Positions 1 through 10,909 of a stretch of 64,000 nucleotides of DNA are shown here, piece after piece (position 1 is the first letter of the stretch; each line of letters starts with the position of its first letter). This DNA is from a virus. Location: the IMG/VR virus record IMGVR_UViG_3300005281_000069, positions 3,985 through 67,984 of that record, one strand, 5' to 3'. The notes under the pieces were generated by a model, which searched no databases, was not told where the DNA came from, and saw nothing but the letters and a program-made list of their open reading frames with translations. The position numbers and the translations under genes are program-made.

Positions 1-546
1 ACATTTTTATTCCCCTTCCTATTAATTAGTTATATATCCAATTGTAAAAAAATGTTCTTATTTCTTCTAAAGAATATTTTTTTGAATCCAGATATAATTC
101 ATCAGCAGAATTATTTTTTGTAATTAAACTCACAATAATATAATCATCTGTATAACGAATGAGTATAGATTTATTGACATCTTCAAGACTAAGGCCAATG
201 AAATTAAAAACTTGTTCTTGAGTATATCCTAATAACTTAGCAGAATATATTAATTCAGAAGCTAAATCTTCATATTTCATAATAATCACCCTCTATAAAG
301 ATTTAATCGCGAACTCATACATTTTTTCAATTGAACACAAATTTGAATTAGTTTTGTATTTGCTGGGATATGCAATTTCAATAAAATCATTATTGTAAAA
401 AATACATAATTTTACACTTGGGTTAGCAAAAACATAATATTTAGATTCATCATATTCATGAATATTTATTTTATAATTTGATAATTTAGCAAAAATTAAT
501 AAATTATTTATAAAATCATCTGAATTCATTTTTTTCTCCTTACTAA

Positions 547-1158
547 TTATTTTTTTTTAGGCAATTTCCAATCAAATTTTAACGATATCATTCTAAATGT
601 AATAATTAAAAAAAATAAAATTAAATATCCAGTTATTGAGTAAACTATTTGCAATCCCATCATTAAACCACCAATTATAGACCATAAAGCATATATTTCA
701 TCTTTTAAAACTAACGGCTTTCTCCCCGCCAATAAATCTCGTATTATTCCTCCTCCAACCCCAGTTAACATCGCTGATACTATAATCGCAGGTAAACTCA
801 TATTAATTGAAATAGCAACCAATGAACCTTGAATTGAAAATGCGGCTAAACCTATAGCATCTAAAAATACTTCTATTTTTTTCCATTTTATCACTATAGA
901 TTTAGGGAGTAAAAAAACACTTAAACAAGTAATTAGAGCAGTTGTAATGAAAAACTTTTGGTCCCATAACATAGTTGTGGGAGCTTCTATCAAAATATTT
1001 CTTAAAACTCCTCCCCCAAAAGAAGTTACTAAACCTAATACAAATACCCCTAAAATGTCATATTTTTCTTCAATTGCTATAGTTGCTCCACTAGCTGCAA
1101 AAGCTATTGTTCCTAAAAAGCTAAATAAATTAAAGATTTCTAAGCCCAAAATTATCAC
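547..1158 (-). CDS. TRIC channel / UPF0126 (YadS-like) membrane protein
   Basis: Duplicated hydrophobic repeat with GTIAFAASGA..GGGVLRN and DAIGLAAFS..GVGGGIIRDLL motifs. Confidence 0.85.
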   Translation of the reverse strand: MIILGLEIFNLFSFLGTIAFAASGATIAIEEKYDILGVFVLGLVTSFGGGVLRNILIEAPTTMLWDQKFFITTALITCLSVFLLPKSIVIKWKKIEVFLDAIGLAAFSIQGSLVAISINMSLPAIIVSAMLTGVGGGIIRDLLAGRKPLVLKDEIYALWSIIGGLMMGLQIVYSITGYLILFFLIITFRMISLKFDWKLPKKK

Positions 1159-1557
1159 CTAATAAAATATTTTTAAAATCTTTTACTCCTTTACTTATAT
1201 CTGAAAATAAATAAAGTTTTATGTTATTATCTTTTGTTCCAACATATAAATTAGTAATAAACCCATATTTATTTATGTAAAAACCTAACTTATAACCACT
1301 TATATCAATAACAACATCAAAAAATCTTCTCATTCCTTTATACATAATTGTTTCTTCATATTTATAATCTTCTTTAATATTCATTAATTTTAATGATACT
1401 TTTAATGATTCCAACTCATCAATAGCTTCTTTATGCTTATCAACAATTTTTGCAATTATACCACTATTCATGATCTCTTTTATCATAATTTACACCCTCC
1501 AATATATAAAATTATTATATAACATTTTATTGAAAATGTACATTAAAAAAAGGAAAA

Positions 1558-2316
1558 TTAATTTTCCTTTTTTCCATCAATTCTATTTAAACTATAAACA
1601 TTATATGAGTAAGCATCATATTCTTCATCGTATTCTATTTCTAAAGCATGTAGTGAATGTCCAAAAACGAATCCGCCATCAATACAAATCTTGTCTTTTC
1701 CAAACCAAACATACGGATCTTTATGAATATTAATTGTTGGAGTATGACCAAATACAACAGTTTTTCCTATATTAAGAGTTTCATGAACAAAATGTTCATA
1801 CGGTAACCACAGCATATCTTCCAATTCCATATTTTTCCAGTCTTCTCCGTATGAAGGTATTATCCCTGCATGAACAAATAAAAAATCATCTGTTTCATGA
1901 TAAAAAGGTAATGAATCAACAAAATCTATTATGTCTTGATAATGTTCAAGTATGTGATTTTTATATTTTTTATTGAATTCTTCTACGTTTGGATATTCTT
2001 CATATTTTAATTCAAAATCATTTTTATAAAAACTACATACGGTTTCTATTCCACCATGCATTAAAATAAAATTATCATTGTTTTTAATGTATTCTAAAAA
2101 CATAGATTCATGATTACCACGCAATATTATTGCTCCATCTTCTTCTTTAAGTTTTTTAGCATATTGTAACATCTTAAAACTATCTGGTCCTCTATCAATT
2201 AAATCACCAATAATAATTAATTGATGAGTGGATGGATGATAATTTGAAAGTTCTAGTAGTTGCTTAAATTGCTCATAACATCCGTGAATATCACTTATAG
2301 CTAATATTTTTTTCAT
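1558..2316 (-). CDS. Ser/Thr protein phosphatase (calcineurin-like metallophosphoesterase)
   Basis: DIHG, GDLIDRG, RGNHE, VHAG and FGHT motifs. Confidence 0.9.
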   Translation of the reverse strand: MKKILAISDIHGCYEQFKQLLELSNYHPSTHQLIIIGDLIDRGPDSFKMLQYAKKLKEEDGAIILRGNHESMFLEYIKNNDNFILMHGGIETVCSFYKNDFELKYEEYPNVEEFNKKYKNHILEHYQDIIDFVDSLPFYHETDDFLFVHAGIIPSYGEDWKNMELEDMLWLPYEHFVHETLNIGKTVVFGHTPTINIHKDPYVWFGKDKICIDGGFVFGHSLHALEIEYDEEYDAYSYNVYSLNRIDGKKEN

Positions 2317-2538
2317 TTACACCATCTCAATTTTTTCTTTAGTTTTTAAATCAAATCCTGAAATCACCAATTCCCATTTTCCTTGTTCATTTTCTTTTAA
2401 GCTAAAATCAGCATTGATGGAATCAACTTCTACTCCAAACTTTTCAACTGCATATTTTTTAATAATTCCACATACTTCTTGAACATCCATTCTAATATTA
2501 GACATTAAATCACTCTTTCTTTTTTTTATTTTGGTTAA

Positions 2539-2569
2539 ATTATATGCGTATTTAATTTTAATTTTAACA
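2539..2569 (-). promoter_or_regulatory. Putative promoter TGTTAA-N17-CATATAAT
   Basis: Same bipartite motif and 17-nt spacer recur upstream of recA, ssb, sbcD, the rsfA-like gene and the dnaE 3' part. Confidence 0.6.
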
Positions 2570-2643
2570 ATTTTTGTTAAACACAAAATATTCTTTATTT
2601 ATAATAATATAAATTTCACATTTAATTTAAAAGGAGACTATTT

Positions 2644-3222
2644 ATGAAAATATTTATGGATACGGAATTTACAGGTTTACATCAAAACACATCATTAATT
2701 AGTATTGGACTTATATCTGAAGATGGAAAAATGTTTTACGCTGAATTTAATGATTACAAAAAACACGAAGTTGATTCTTGGATTCAAAAAAGTGTTATAG
2801 ATAATTTAATTATTAAAAACAAAAAAATTGATTTAACTTCTGCTATTAAAGAATCTAATGATGATTTAGTGGTAATGACTGGAAGTTCAAATCAAATAAA
2901 ACCATATTTGATTGGTTGGTTAAATCAATTTGATAATATTGAGATATGGTCTGATTGTTTAAGTTATGACTGGGTATTATTTTGCGAATTATGTAGTAAT
3001 GGAGCTATTAATTTACCTAAAAATATTTATTATATTCCTTTTGATATATCAACTTTATTTAAAATGAAAAATATAGACCCAGATATTTCTAGAGAAAATT
3101 TTGCAAAAGAATGGATAGAACAAAATCCTTTCATATTAAAAAATACAAAACATAATTCTCTTTGGGATGCGTATGTTATAAAAGGTTGTTATGAAACTTT
3201 AATAAATAAAAAGGAGAAATAA
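2644..3222 (+). CDS. DEDDh 3'-5' exonuclease, Rv2179c-like
   Basis: FMDTEFTG, LISIGL, YDW and HNSLWDA motifs. Confidence 0.8.
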   Translation: MKIFMDTEFTGLHQNTSLISIGLISEDGKMFYAEFNDYKKHEVDSWIQKSVIDNLIIKNKKIDLTSAIKESNDDLVVMTGSSNQIKPYLIGWLNQFDNIEIWSDCLSYDWVLFCELCSNGAINLPKNIYYIPFDISTLFKMKNIDPDISRENFAKEWIEQNPFILKNTKHNSLWDAYVIKGCYETLINKKEK

Positions 3223-3224
3223 AC

Positions 3225-3506
3225 ATGGAAAAGCAAAGTTATTTTCACAAAACTAAAATTAATAAAGGGATATACGGAGAATTGTCTAAGATAAGAGAAG
3301 AATTAGAAGAAGCTTACGATGCTGAAAATCAAGGTCAAGATTTAATGTTATTGATTGAGCTTTCAGATATTATTGGCGCCGTAGCTGGAGTAGCTAAAAA
3401 ATATGGATTTTCGCTTGAACAATTAGTTAAATTCTCAGAACTTAGAAGTTATGTTGGACAAAAAGAGGAAGAAGAATTAAATTGTAAATCTAATAATAAA
3501 ATTTAA
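3225..3506 (+). CDS. MazG-like all-alpha NTP pyrophosphohydrolase
   Basis: KIREELEE...IELSD acidic EExxE..ExxD pattern in a small helical protein. Confidence 0.6.
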   Translation: MEKQSYFHKTKINKGIYGELSKIREELEEAYDAENQGQDLMLLIELSDIIGAVAGVAKKYGFSLEQLVKFSELRSYVGQKEEEELNCKSNNKI

Positions 3507-3520
3507 ATAGGAGAAATTTT

Positions 3521-4299
3521 ATGTATAAAAATTTTATTGTTACTTTATCTTCATATAAATGCGATAAAAATTGTCCATTTTGTATAGCTAAAATGAATAT
3601 GTTACATAAAACTAGAGAAGATTTAAATTTATTAAAAAATGAATTAATTAAACTTCAATCTTCAAATTATAAATTTAAATCATGTGTTATTAGCGGGAAT
3701 GGAGAACCATCATTATATGATTATGAATTTCTCGTAGAACTTAAAGAATTATTGGAACAATCAAGATTATTTCAAAAATATAGAATTCAAAGCTCAGGAA
3801 ATATATTTTTTGAGAAAGAAAAGTTAATTTATTTAATAATTGGCTTATAGAGGTTACCAGAATTTCAAGAAATTTTGAAGACGAAAAAGATATTTTGAAA
3901 TACAAAAGAGATTATACATTAACAGAAGAATATAAAAATTCAAATATTAGAATGAACGTAATTTTATTGAAAAATAGTTTATCTAATTTAGTTGAAGATA
4001 TAAACTATTATTTATCTCAAAATAATATAAAAGAAGTAGCAATTAAATTTTTAGATATTTTAAACGACACAAAATATGATAAATGGATAAAAGAGAATGG
4101 TTTAGATTATTCTAATTCAAATGAAGTTATTAATATTGTAAACGATAATTTTAAATTAATCAGACATGAATATCAAAATTATTATTGGAAAGATACAAGA
4201 ACAAATAAATTAATATCAATGTATGTAAATGATAAATACAATAAAGATAAAACAAATGAAAACTTTATGCGGTATGGTTCTAATCAATTAAAAAAATAA
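3521..4299 (+). pseudogene. Radical SAM protein split by a single-base frameshift (about 3814-3850)
   Basis: CDKNCPFC (CxxxCxxC) and ISGNGEP in 3521..3850; the second frame is open from about 3814 through ORF 3895..4299. Confidence 0.7.
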
Positions 4300-4316
4300 A
4301 AAAAAGGAAAGAAAAA

Positions 4317-4982
4317 ATGAGTTATTATGTTCAAAATGGTATTTATAAATTGGGTTTTGAATTATCGAAATTAGAAAGACAAATTCTTAGAGATATGGAA
4401 GATCATTTAATATATAATAATTTTAATTATCTTTCAGTTCCATCAACTATCACAATTGATACTTTTATTAAACAACAAATAAAATCTCAAACATTTAAAT
4501 ACGAACATAATAGTGTTTTAGGCGGTTCTGCTGAACAAGGAATTTTAGAATATTTTTCAAATAAACATGTTAAACCTCAAAAAATATATTCAAAAAATTC
4601 ATGTTTTAGAGTTGAAGACGAATACATCGACCTTCTGAGAGTTAAAGAATTTTATAAAATAGAACAATTTATCTTTTGTGAAGAAAAAGATGCTGAAGAT
4701 ATGTTTGAACATGCGTTATTAAATGGAATATGGTTACTTGAACAGTATAATTTGAAATATAGAGAAGTTGATGTCACAAAACTAGACCCTGGATATCACA
4801 AGAAAAAAATAGATTTAGAAGTATACACTAAAAAATATGGGTGGATAGAAACACATAGTTGTACTTATTTTGGTGAAGAACAGACAAAACGTTATAATAT
4901 AACGGGAGCCACTCATACTATTTCAAACACTGGAGTAGCTACACCTAGAATTTTAATTCCTTTAATAGAAAGGATGGTTTAA
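4317..4982 (+). CDS. Seryl-tRNA synthetase-like class II catalytic domain lacking the N-terminal tRNA-binding arm
   Basis: GSAEQ (cf. TAE), CFRVE..LLRVKEFYKIEQF (motif 2), KKIDLEVY..ETHSCT, HTISNTGVATPR (motif 3); only 221 aa. Confidence 0.8.
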   Translation: MSYYVQNGIYKLGFELSKLERQILRDMEDHLIYNNFNYLSVPSTITIDTFIKQQIKSQTFKYEHNSVLGGSAEQGILEYFSNKHVKPQKIYSKNSCFRVEDEYIDLLRVKEFYKIEQFIFCEEKDAEDMFEHALLNGIWLLEQYNLKYREVDVTKLDPGYHKKKIDLEVYTKKYGWIETHSCTYFGEEQTKRYNITGATHTISNTGVATPRILIPLIERMV

Positions 4983-5760
4983 TGGATTTTTTATCTTATT
5001 GTTTAGAATCTAATTATGGAGGAAAATTAGGTTTATATAAAAATGATGTAATTATATTTTTACCATTTTTTGATAATGATAGTGACTACCATAATTCTCT
5101 TAATTTATCTAAAATATATTTTGAGTTTTTAGAAAAGAAAGATAAAACAACTTTTACGGGTCATTATATGACTGTTGATTCTTCACAAATTTGTTTTATA
5201 GATGTTAAAGATAATAATGAGTTAATTGATATTATTATGGAATCAAAAAAGGAATCGTATTAAGCGATTCCTTTTTTTAATTTCCAAACATTAATAATGT
5301 TTGATATATAATCATTCCATTGTTCTACAGGTTTATAAGAAGAAGAAAGATTTTTTTCAACCGCTGTAGTTGAAACCATAACGACTTCATTTTTACTATA
5401 AAAACTAAGATTGAAATAGTGATAATCACCATTTGGGTCTATTTCCAATTTTAAATCTTTAGGTAATCTCATTCTTATATCAATAGTAATTCCCATTAAA
5501 GAATTTGTATCAAAAAATATTTTAATCATATCTCTTATTTTTTTCCAAGTTATATATTCATTAGTTCCAGATGGGTCTATTATTTTTGTTTCCAAATTAA
5601 TTTTCAAACCATTAGAAGTTTCTATATATAATCTAAAAACTTCCCAATCTAAAAAAACATTTTTATTTGAAACATCATCAATTGATTCAACAGCATTAAA
5701 CAATAAGTCAACTAATTGTTCCGTTTGAGACAATCCATAATTCATATTTTTACCTCCCTT

Positions 5761-6465
5761 TTAAGTAATTTCGTTAAATGTATTAACTACATTAGGTTGA
5801 GGTTTACCAGCTAAAGCTAATTCTTGTCTTTCTTTATAATTTTTCCATTGATTAGCAAATTCAGTAGCGAAAGCAACTTCTAATTGACCTTGTAGTCCTA
5901 ATTGATTATCAACTATTCTAATAGTTTGTAAAACTATATCAGCAAAATGTGTGATTTCACTGTCAAAATAATGTATATCAACTGTACCCTCTTGTCTTAA
6001 TTCTCCAGTTAATTTTCCTAATGATTCAATTAAATTTTTTATTGTATTCATATATTGCATTGTTAATTGATGTCTTTTTGTTTCACTACTAACATTCAAA
6101 TCAACTTCTTCTAGTTTAATCATAGCAACATCAATTAAATGACTTAAATGATTAACTTTATCTATAGTTATAGATATACCTTGTTGTAGTAAGCTTCTAC
6201 TTTGTTCCACTCTAGCTTTTGTTTCAGCTGTTTTAACTTTAATTATTTCATCATCTTTAAAATGTCTACTTAAATGTCTTCTAATTGAAGATGGTTTAAT
6301 ATCTTCTTTAGCTACAATTTCTTTTTCTTTTTCATCAGATAAATTTTGTAAATATTCGTAAATTTTTTCTGGAGATAACCCATTGAGATGTAATTTTTCA
6401 ATAATATTTCTAAAATGACTATTACATACTTTACATTGGGAAACATTTATTATTTGATTTCGCAT
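5761..6465 (-). CDS. Hypothetical protein with N-terminal CxxC..H..H zinc site; possible terminase small subunit
   Basis: CKVC and RRHLSRH followed by a helical body; function is inference only. Confidence 0.3.
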   Translation of the reverse strand: MRNQIINVSQCKVCNSHFRNIIEKLHLNGLSPEKIYEYLQNLSDEKEKEIVAKEDIKPSSIRRHLSRHFKDDEIIKVKTAETKARVEQSRSLLQQGISITIDKVNHLSHLIDVAMIKLEEVDLNVSSETKRHQLTMQYMNTIKNLIESLGKLTGELRQEGTVDIHYFDSEITHFADIVLQTIRIVDNQLGLQGQLEVAFATEFANQWKNYKERQELALAGKPQPNVVNTFNEIT

Positions 6466-6927
6466 TATTTACACTCCTTTCGAGTTATTATATTGTATTT
6501 AATTTTCTTCTAACATATTCAGTTTCTATATATCTATCTTTAAGTATTTTCTTTTCATCTGGAGTTGCCCCTAAAAACAAATCTCTTTTTATATCCATTG
6601 CTCTCATTTCATATTCAGCTAATGTTTCAAAATCTCCATCCATACTAGTATAATCACTATTACAAAAATGATAAGCCCACTCAAATTCACTCCAGAGTCT
6701 ATCATCATTAAAAGAATTTAATAAATTAACCTTATAAATTCTAGCCCAATCTTCTGGCTTTCTTCTAGATAAATCTATATTTTCAACTTCTTCCCATTTA
6801 TCCATTTTTTTCACTCCTTTTCTTATTATTAGATAGAATTAATTAACACTTTTATTACACTTCTTCTTGTTATTGTTATAAGTAATAAGAGAAAATTTAT
6901 TTTTAAATAAAACAATAAGAAGGGTAA

Positions 6928-7284
6928 GTGAATTTAATGTCTAAAGTTGAGTTTTGGCGCGATCCTCTTATGGATAGTATGATTGAAGATATTATAGATA
7001 TTTTTCATATGGAAGGTGTTGAACTTGTTAGATTAAGTGGTATGACAAGGAGAGCAAGAAATATTATCAACAAACACGATTTACCTCCTGAAGCTGTTCA
7101 TAATATCATATTAAAGCTTAAAAATTCAAATATTATTAACTTCAAACATATTACAAGATGTCCTCATTGCGGAGAAACATCATATCAAATAAAATGCGCT
7201 GATGATTTTTTAATAAAACCAAAATTGTGTGATACTTGTAATACATTATATGCGTTACTTCATGGTTCAACACTTGAGGAATAA
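6928..7284 (+). CDS. Hypothetical zinc-ribbon protein
   Basis: CPHCG...CDTC. Confidence 0.5.
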   Translation: MNLMSKVEFWRDPLMDSMIEDIIDIFHMEGVELVRLSGMTRRARNIINKHDLPPEAVHNIILKLKNSNIINFKHITRCPHCGETSYQIKCADDFLIKPKLCDTCNTLYALLHGSTLEE

Positions 7285-7327
7285 AAAAAGAGAGGGTAAA
7301 ATTCCTCTCTTTTTTAAGAATGAAACG

Positions 7328-7561
7328 TTATTCTTCCATTATATCATTATCATCATTATTTTCTTCATAATCATCATCTTCACCTTTTTTTGGTCCATCG
7401 ATAATTCCTAATGCTACTAATACTGATAAAATAGAATTTACTATTAGGTCGAATTGACTAGGTATAATAACGACTCCATTCATTTGTAATACGAGTAGAA
7501 CAATAGCTGAAATAGATACCCAAAATTTATAATTTTTGAGTTTTTTGCTATCAAACTTCAT
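7328..7561 (-). CDS. Putative holin (2 TM)
   Basis: MKFDSKKLKNYKFWVS..two hydrophobic segments..LGIIDGP with acidic tail; RBS GGAGGTGG before the ATG at 7561. Confidence 0.6.
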   Translation of the reverse strand: MKFDSKKLKNYKFWVSISAIVLLVLQMNGVVIIPSQFDLIVNSILSVLVALGIIDGPKKGEDDDYEENNDDNDIMEE

Positions 7562-7957
7562 ATATCCACCTCCATTTGTAGTATTAACATACTTCAATAA
7601 ATGTTGATAGATAATCACCTCGTAATAAACTAAAGTTTAGTTTATCAATTTATAATATTATTAACATTAAAAAATATTTTCATAAAAAAAGAGAGGGTAT
7701 TTTCCTCTCTGTTTATTTTTCTTTTTTAATTTTATTATCATTTTCTTTTTCTTCTTGTTTTAATTCATTTTCAATCTGTTGTTCATTTGACTGTTGCTCA
7801 TTAATTAATTCTGTTATCATTGAAATTCTTCCTTGAACAACTAACATTTGATTTTCAATTTTTTTCTCATAATCTCTTAATTTTTCTAAATCTGCTTGTA
7901 AAATTTGCAATTTTTCTTGTTCCTGTAGTAATTTATTCATCATATTATATTTCCCCT

Positions 7958-9727
7958 TTATTGTAATGTAGAATATTTATTTGTACCAACTGGTAAAACA
8001 AAAGCTCCATTTGATCTTAACGTACCTTCAACCAAAAAGCTTTTACCATTATAAACTCTTAACCAATTTGAATCATTCATAAAAATACCACCACTATAAG
8101 TAGTATTCATCCAACCTGTAGCCCCAGTACTTTTAAACCACGTCCCTGTTATAAATCCTCCATTAGCAGTCAAAGAACCAGTTGTTGTGGTATTAGTGTC
8201 TGAACGTAAAAATTGAGAAGCTTGTAAATTACCAACAGTTGTAGCATTTCCAGTTATACTAGCCGGTAATAAGCCGGATGAATTTAGTTTTAATATTTTA
8301 TTTGGAGTTGCAGATGTTACTACATCTGATGAATTAACTGCATCTGTAATTCCATATCCAGATAGCGTTGTTGGATTTGATCCAGAAGTAACAACTCCTT
8401 TTGCATCTACGGTTACAGTTCTATAAGTCCCCGGAGATACTCCAGAGTTTTTATAAGTAGTAACAATAGAAATATTACTACTTCCATCAAAAGAAATTGA
8501 ACCAGTTACATCCCCTATTAATGATATAGTAATTGGATTTAGTAATCTCGATGCTGTCAAAGCATTTGTAGGCAAATATCCAGATGAATTTAGTTTTAAT
8601 ATTTTATTTGGAGTTGCTGTGGTTACTACATCTGATGAATTAACAGCATCTGTAATTCCATATCCGGATAATGTAGTTGGATTTGTTCCGGAGGTTATTC
8701 TTCCTTTTGCATCCACAGTTACAGATTTATAAGTTCCTGGAGATACTCCCGTATTTGTTAATCGAATAATATTTCCATCTTTTTCAATTCCACCTTCAGC
8801 TATAAGTTGGCCAGCTCCAGAAAATCTAGTAAATTCTATATTCGTTGTTCCAATATTTATTGGGTTTTTAGTGACTAGTACAAAACCTCCACCACCATTG
8901 ATTGTACCTTCTTCAACGAAAGTAAATGTACCACTTGTTAATTTATCTTGAGTTGCATCTGAAGCTCTAACCCAAGGAGTTCCAACTATATATATTCCAT
9001 TTTCTTTTTTGTTTGTTTGATCTTTAACCAAAACTCTATCTCCAACTTGAACATTTACACCATCTATGTTTTTTGTCCCAGTTAGAGTAATATTGACTGT
9101 TGTTGCTACTCTTACAGATTGTTTTGTATCTAAACCTTGTGATACACTATCAACATATCCTTTACTCGCTACTTCATTTTCTGTTTTTGGAAATCTTTCT
9201 AGTTTAGGTAAAGCAACATCTTCTTGATTAAATTGAGGAACTATATCTTTATTTCCAGTCAACACACCTAATTTGACATAATATGTTTCTCCAGATGAAT
9301 TACTTACTAAATTAGGATAAGAATTGTTAGTTGCTAATACCGAAACATCAAATCTTATTCTTTTTGATGTTTCTTCTAAAGTTATAGGTATAGCGATATT
9401 AATATCATCCGCACTAGTAATAATTTTTCCCTCTATTTTAACATATAAATTATATGAGGATGACAATGAGGTTGGAAATATATTATTAATAGTTTTGTTT
9501 TTAATATTAAAATAGTTTGATTTTGCAAAAACTGTACAGTCGGAAATAGTAATGGAATTTACAGCTAAATTATAAGAAATAGATTTTATTCCATAATTAT
9601 TTCCACCATTATCAAAATACATAATATTTTCTATTTTTTCATTGACAATAGATTGGAATTCGTTTAACTCTGGAGCTTGTAACTTCTTATTCTTTTGCCA
9701 AATTATTTCTTTATAAGTGTTGGACAT
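7958..9727 (-). CDS. Tail fibre-like structural protein with internal repeats
   Basis: SVRVATTxNITLxG..GDRVLVKDQ..ENGIY module; duplicated GVSPGTY.VTVDAKG..NPTTLSGYGITDA repeat. Confidence 0.75.
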   Translation of the reverse strand: MSNTYKEIIWQKNKKLQAPELNEFQSIVNEKIENIMYFDNGGNNYGIKSISYNLAVNSITISDCTVFAKSNYFNIKNKTINNIFPTSLSSSYNLYVKIEGKIITSADDINIAIPITLEETSKRIRFDVSVLATNNSYPNLVSNSSGETYYVKLGVLTGNKDIVPQFNQEDVALPKLERFPKTENEVASKGYVDSVSQGLDTKQSVRVATTVNITLTGTKNIDGVNVQVGDRVLVKDQTNKKENGIYIVGTPWVRASDATQDKLTSGTFTFVEEGTINGGGGFVLVTKNPINIGTTNIEFTRFSGAGQLIAEGGIEKDGNIIRLTNTGVSPGTYKSVTVDAKGRITSGTNPTTLSGYGITDAVNSSDVVTTATPNKILKLNSSGYLPTNALTASRLLNPITISLIGDVTGSISFDGSSNISIVTTYKNSGVSPGTYRTVTVDAKGVVTSGSNPTTLSGYGITDAVNSSDVVTSATPNKILKLNSSGLLPASITGNATTVGNLQASQFLRSDTNTTTTGSLTANGGFITGTWFKSTGATGWMNTTYSGGIFMNDSNWLRVYNGKSFLVEGTLRSNGAFVLPVGTNKYSTLQ

Positions 9728-9884
9728 TTTTTATCACCTCAATTCTATAGTCTTTTTTAAAAGAATAAAAATTAACGTTCCTTATATAATATCAATTTTT
9801 TATCATAAAATTACTGAAAAATTTTTAATTTCTTTATATTTAATATATAATATATATATTATATAAAAATAAAGGGTGTAAATT

Positions 9885-10619
9885 ATGGATAATAACTTTG
9901 AAGAAGAAATGAAAATCTATAAAGATATTCTTTTTAACAAAAAAGAAGGAGTTCAAGGAAGAAACTATTTAAAAATTAGAGGAATTTCAAAAGAAACAGC
10001 TGATTTTTGGAATTTAGGATATTGTCCGTTAAATTTTACTCCACCAATGTATAAAGATAAACCTTTTTTACAAAAGAAAATGCAAGGTAGACTTATTTTA
10101 CCTGTGTTTGATCAAAGTGGTAAAGTAATAACAATATCAGGACGTAAAGTTTTTCAAACATTACCTGGTCCGAAGTATGATATGTATCAATTTCCAGCTA
10201 GAAAAATTCTTTTTGGATTGTGGCAAAATAAAGAAGAAATGAGAAAATTAAATAGAGCAGCAATAACTGAAGGACAACTAGATGTTATTACCGCTTGGCA
10301 AAAAGGATTTAAAATAGCTGCTTCTAGCTTTGGAGCTCATGGTTCTTTGGATCATTTAGCTTTGCTTTCTAGATATGTAAAAAAAATAAATGTTTTGTAT
10401 GATGCTGATAATGCTGGATTTGAAGGCATAAAAGCTATAAAAGAATTATCTAAACTTTGTGATTTAGAAATTGAATTCAAAAATCCATTCCCAAGAGGAG
10501 AAGATTTAGACTCATGGATCAGAAAAAATTCTTCTGAAAAATTATTTGAGTTGTTAGATAAAAATAAAATTTCAACATTAAAAGATAAATTAAAAAATAT
10601 GGAAGGGAAAATTTTATAA
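9885..10619 (+). CDS. dnaG: DnaG-type primase (catalytic/TOPRIM core, no zinc-binding domain)
   Basis: YLxxRGIS..LGY, GRLILP..SGR..PKY, TEGQLD, YDADNAG, DLD. Confidence 0.85.
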   Translation: MDNNFEEEMKIYKDILFNKKEGVQGRNYLKIRGISKETADFWNLGYCPLNFTPPMYKDKPFLQKKMQGRLILPVFDQSGKVITISGRKVFQTLPGPKYDMYQFPARKILFGLWQNKEEMRKLNRAAITEGQLDVITAWQKGFKIAASSFGAHGSLDHLALLSRYVKKINVLYDADNAGFEGIKAIKELSKLCDLEIEFKNPFPRGEDLDSWIRKNSSEKLFELLDKNKISTLKDKLKNMEGKIL

Positions 10620-10909
10620 TGGATAAAGAACAAGTTTTAAACACGATACTTGAAGAATTTAAAAATTTTTGTGAAGAATATTTTAATAATTCAACATTAA
10701 CTTTAAATTATGATTCTTATTTAATTGATTACACTTTTCATTTTTCAATTTTACAAGATAACTTAAATATAGATCGTATTAAAAAACTTTTATCTCCAAA
10801 ATATGAAAATAAAACTCGTCTTATTAAATGTGTTAAAACAGAAGATAACAAATTTAAATTATTTTTTCAAATAAAACAAATTCATTATATTAAATAAAAA
10901 AGAAGGATT

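Noticed and set aside
3811..3850. Programmed -1 frameshift in the radical SAM gene
   Set aside because: No convincing slippery heptamer with a downstream structure, and many other lesions in the window favour a simple deletion or sequencing error.
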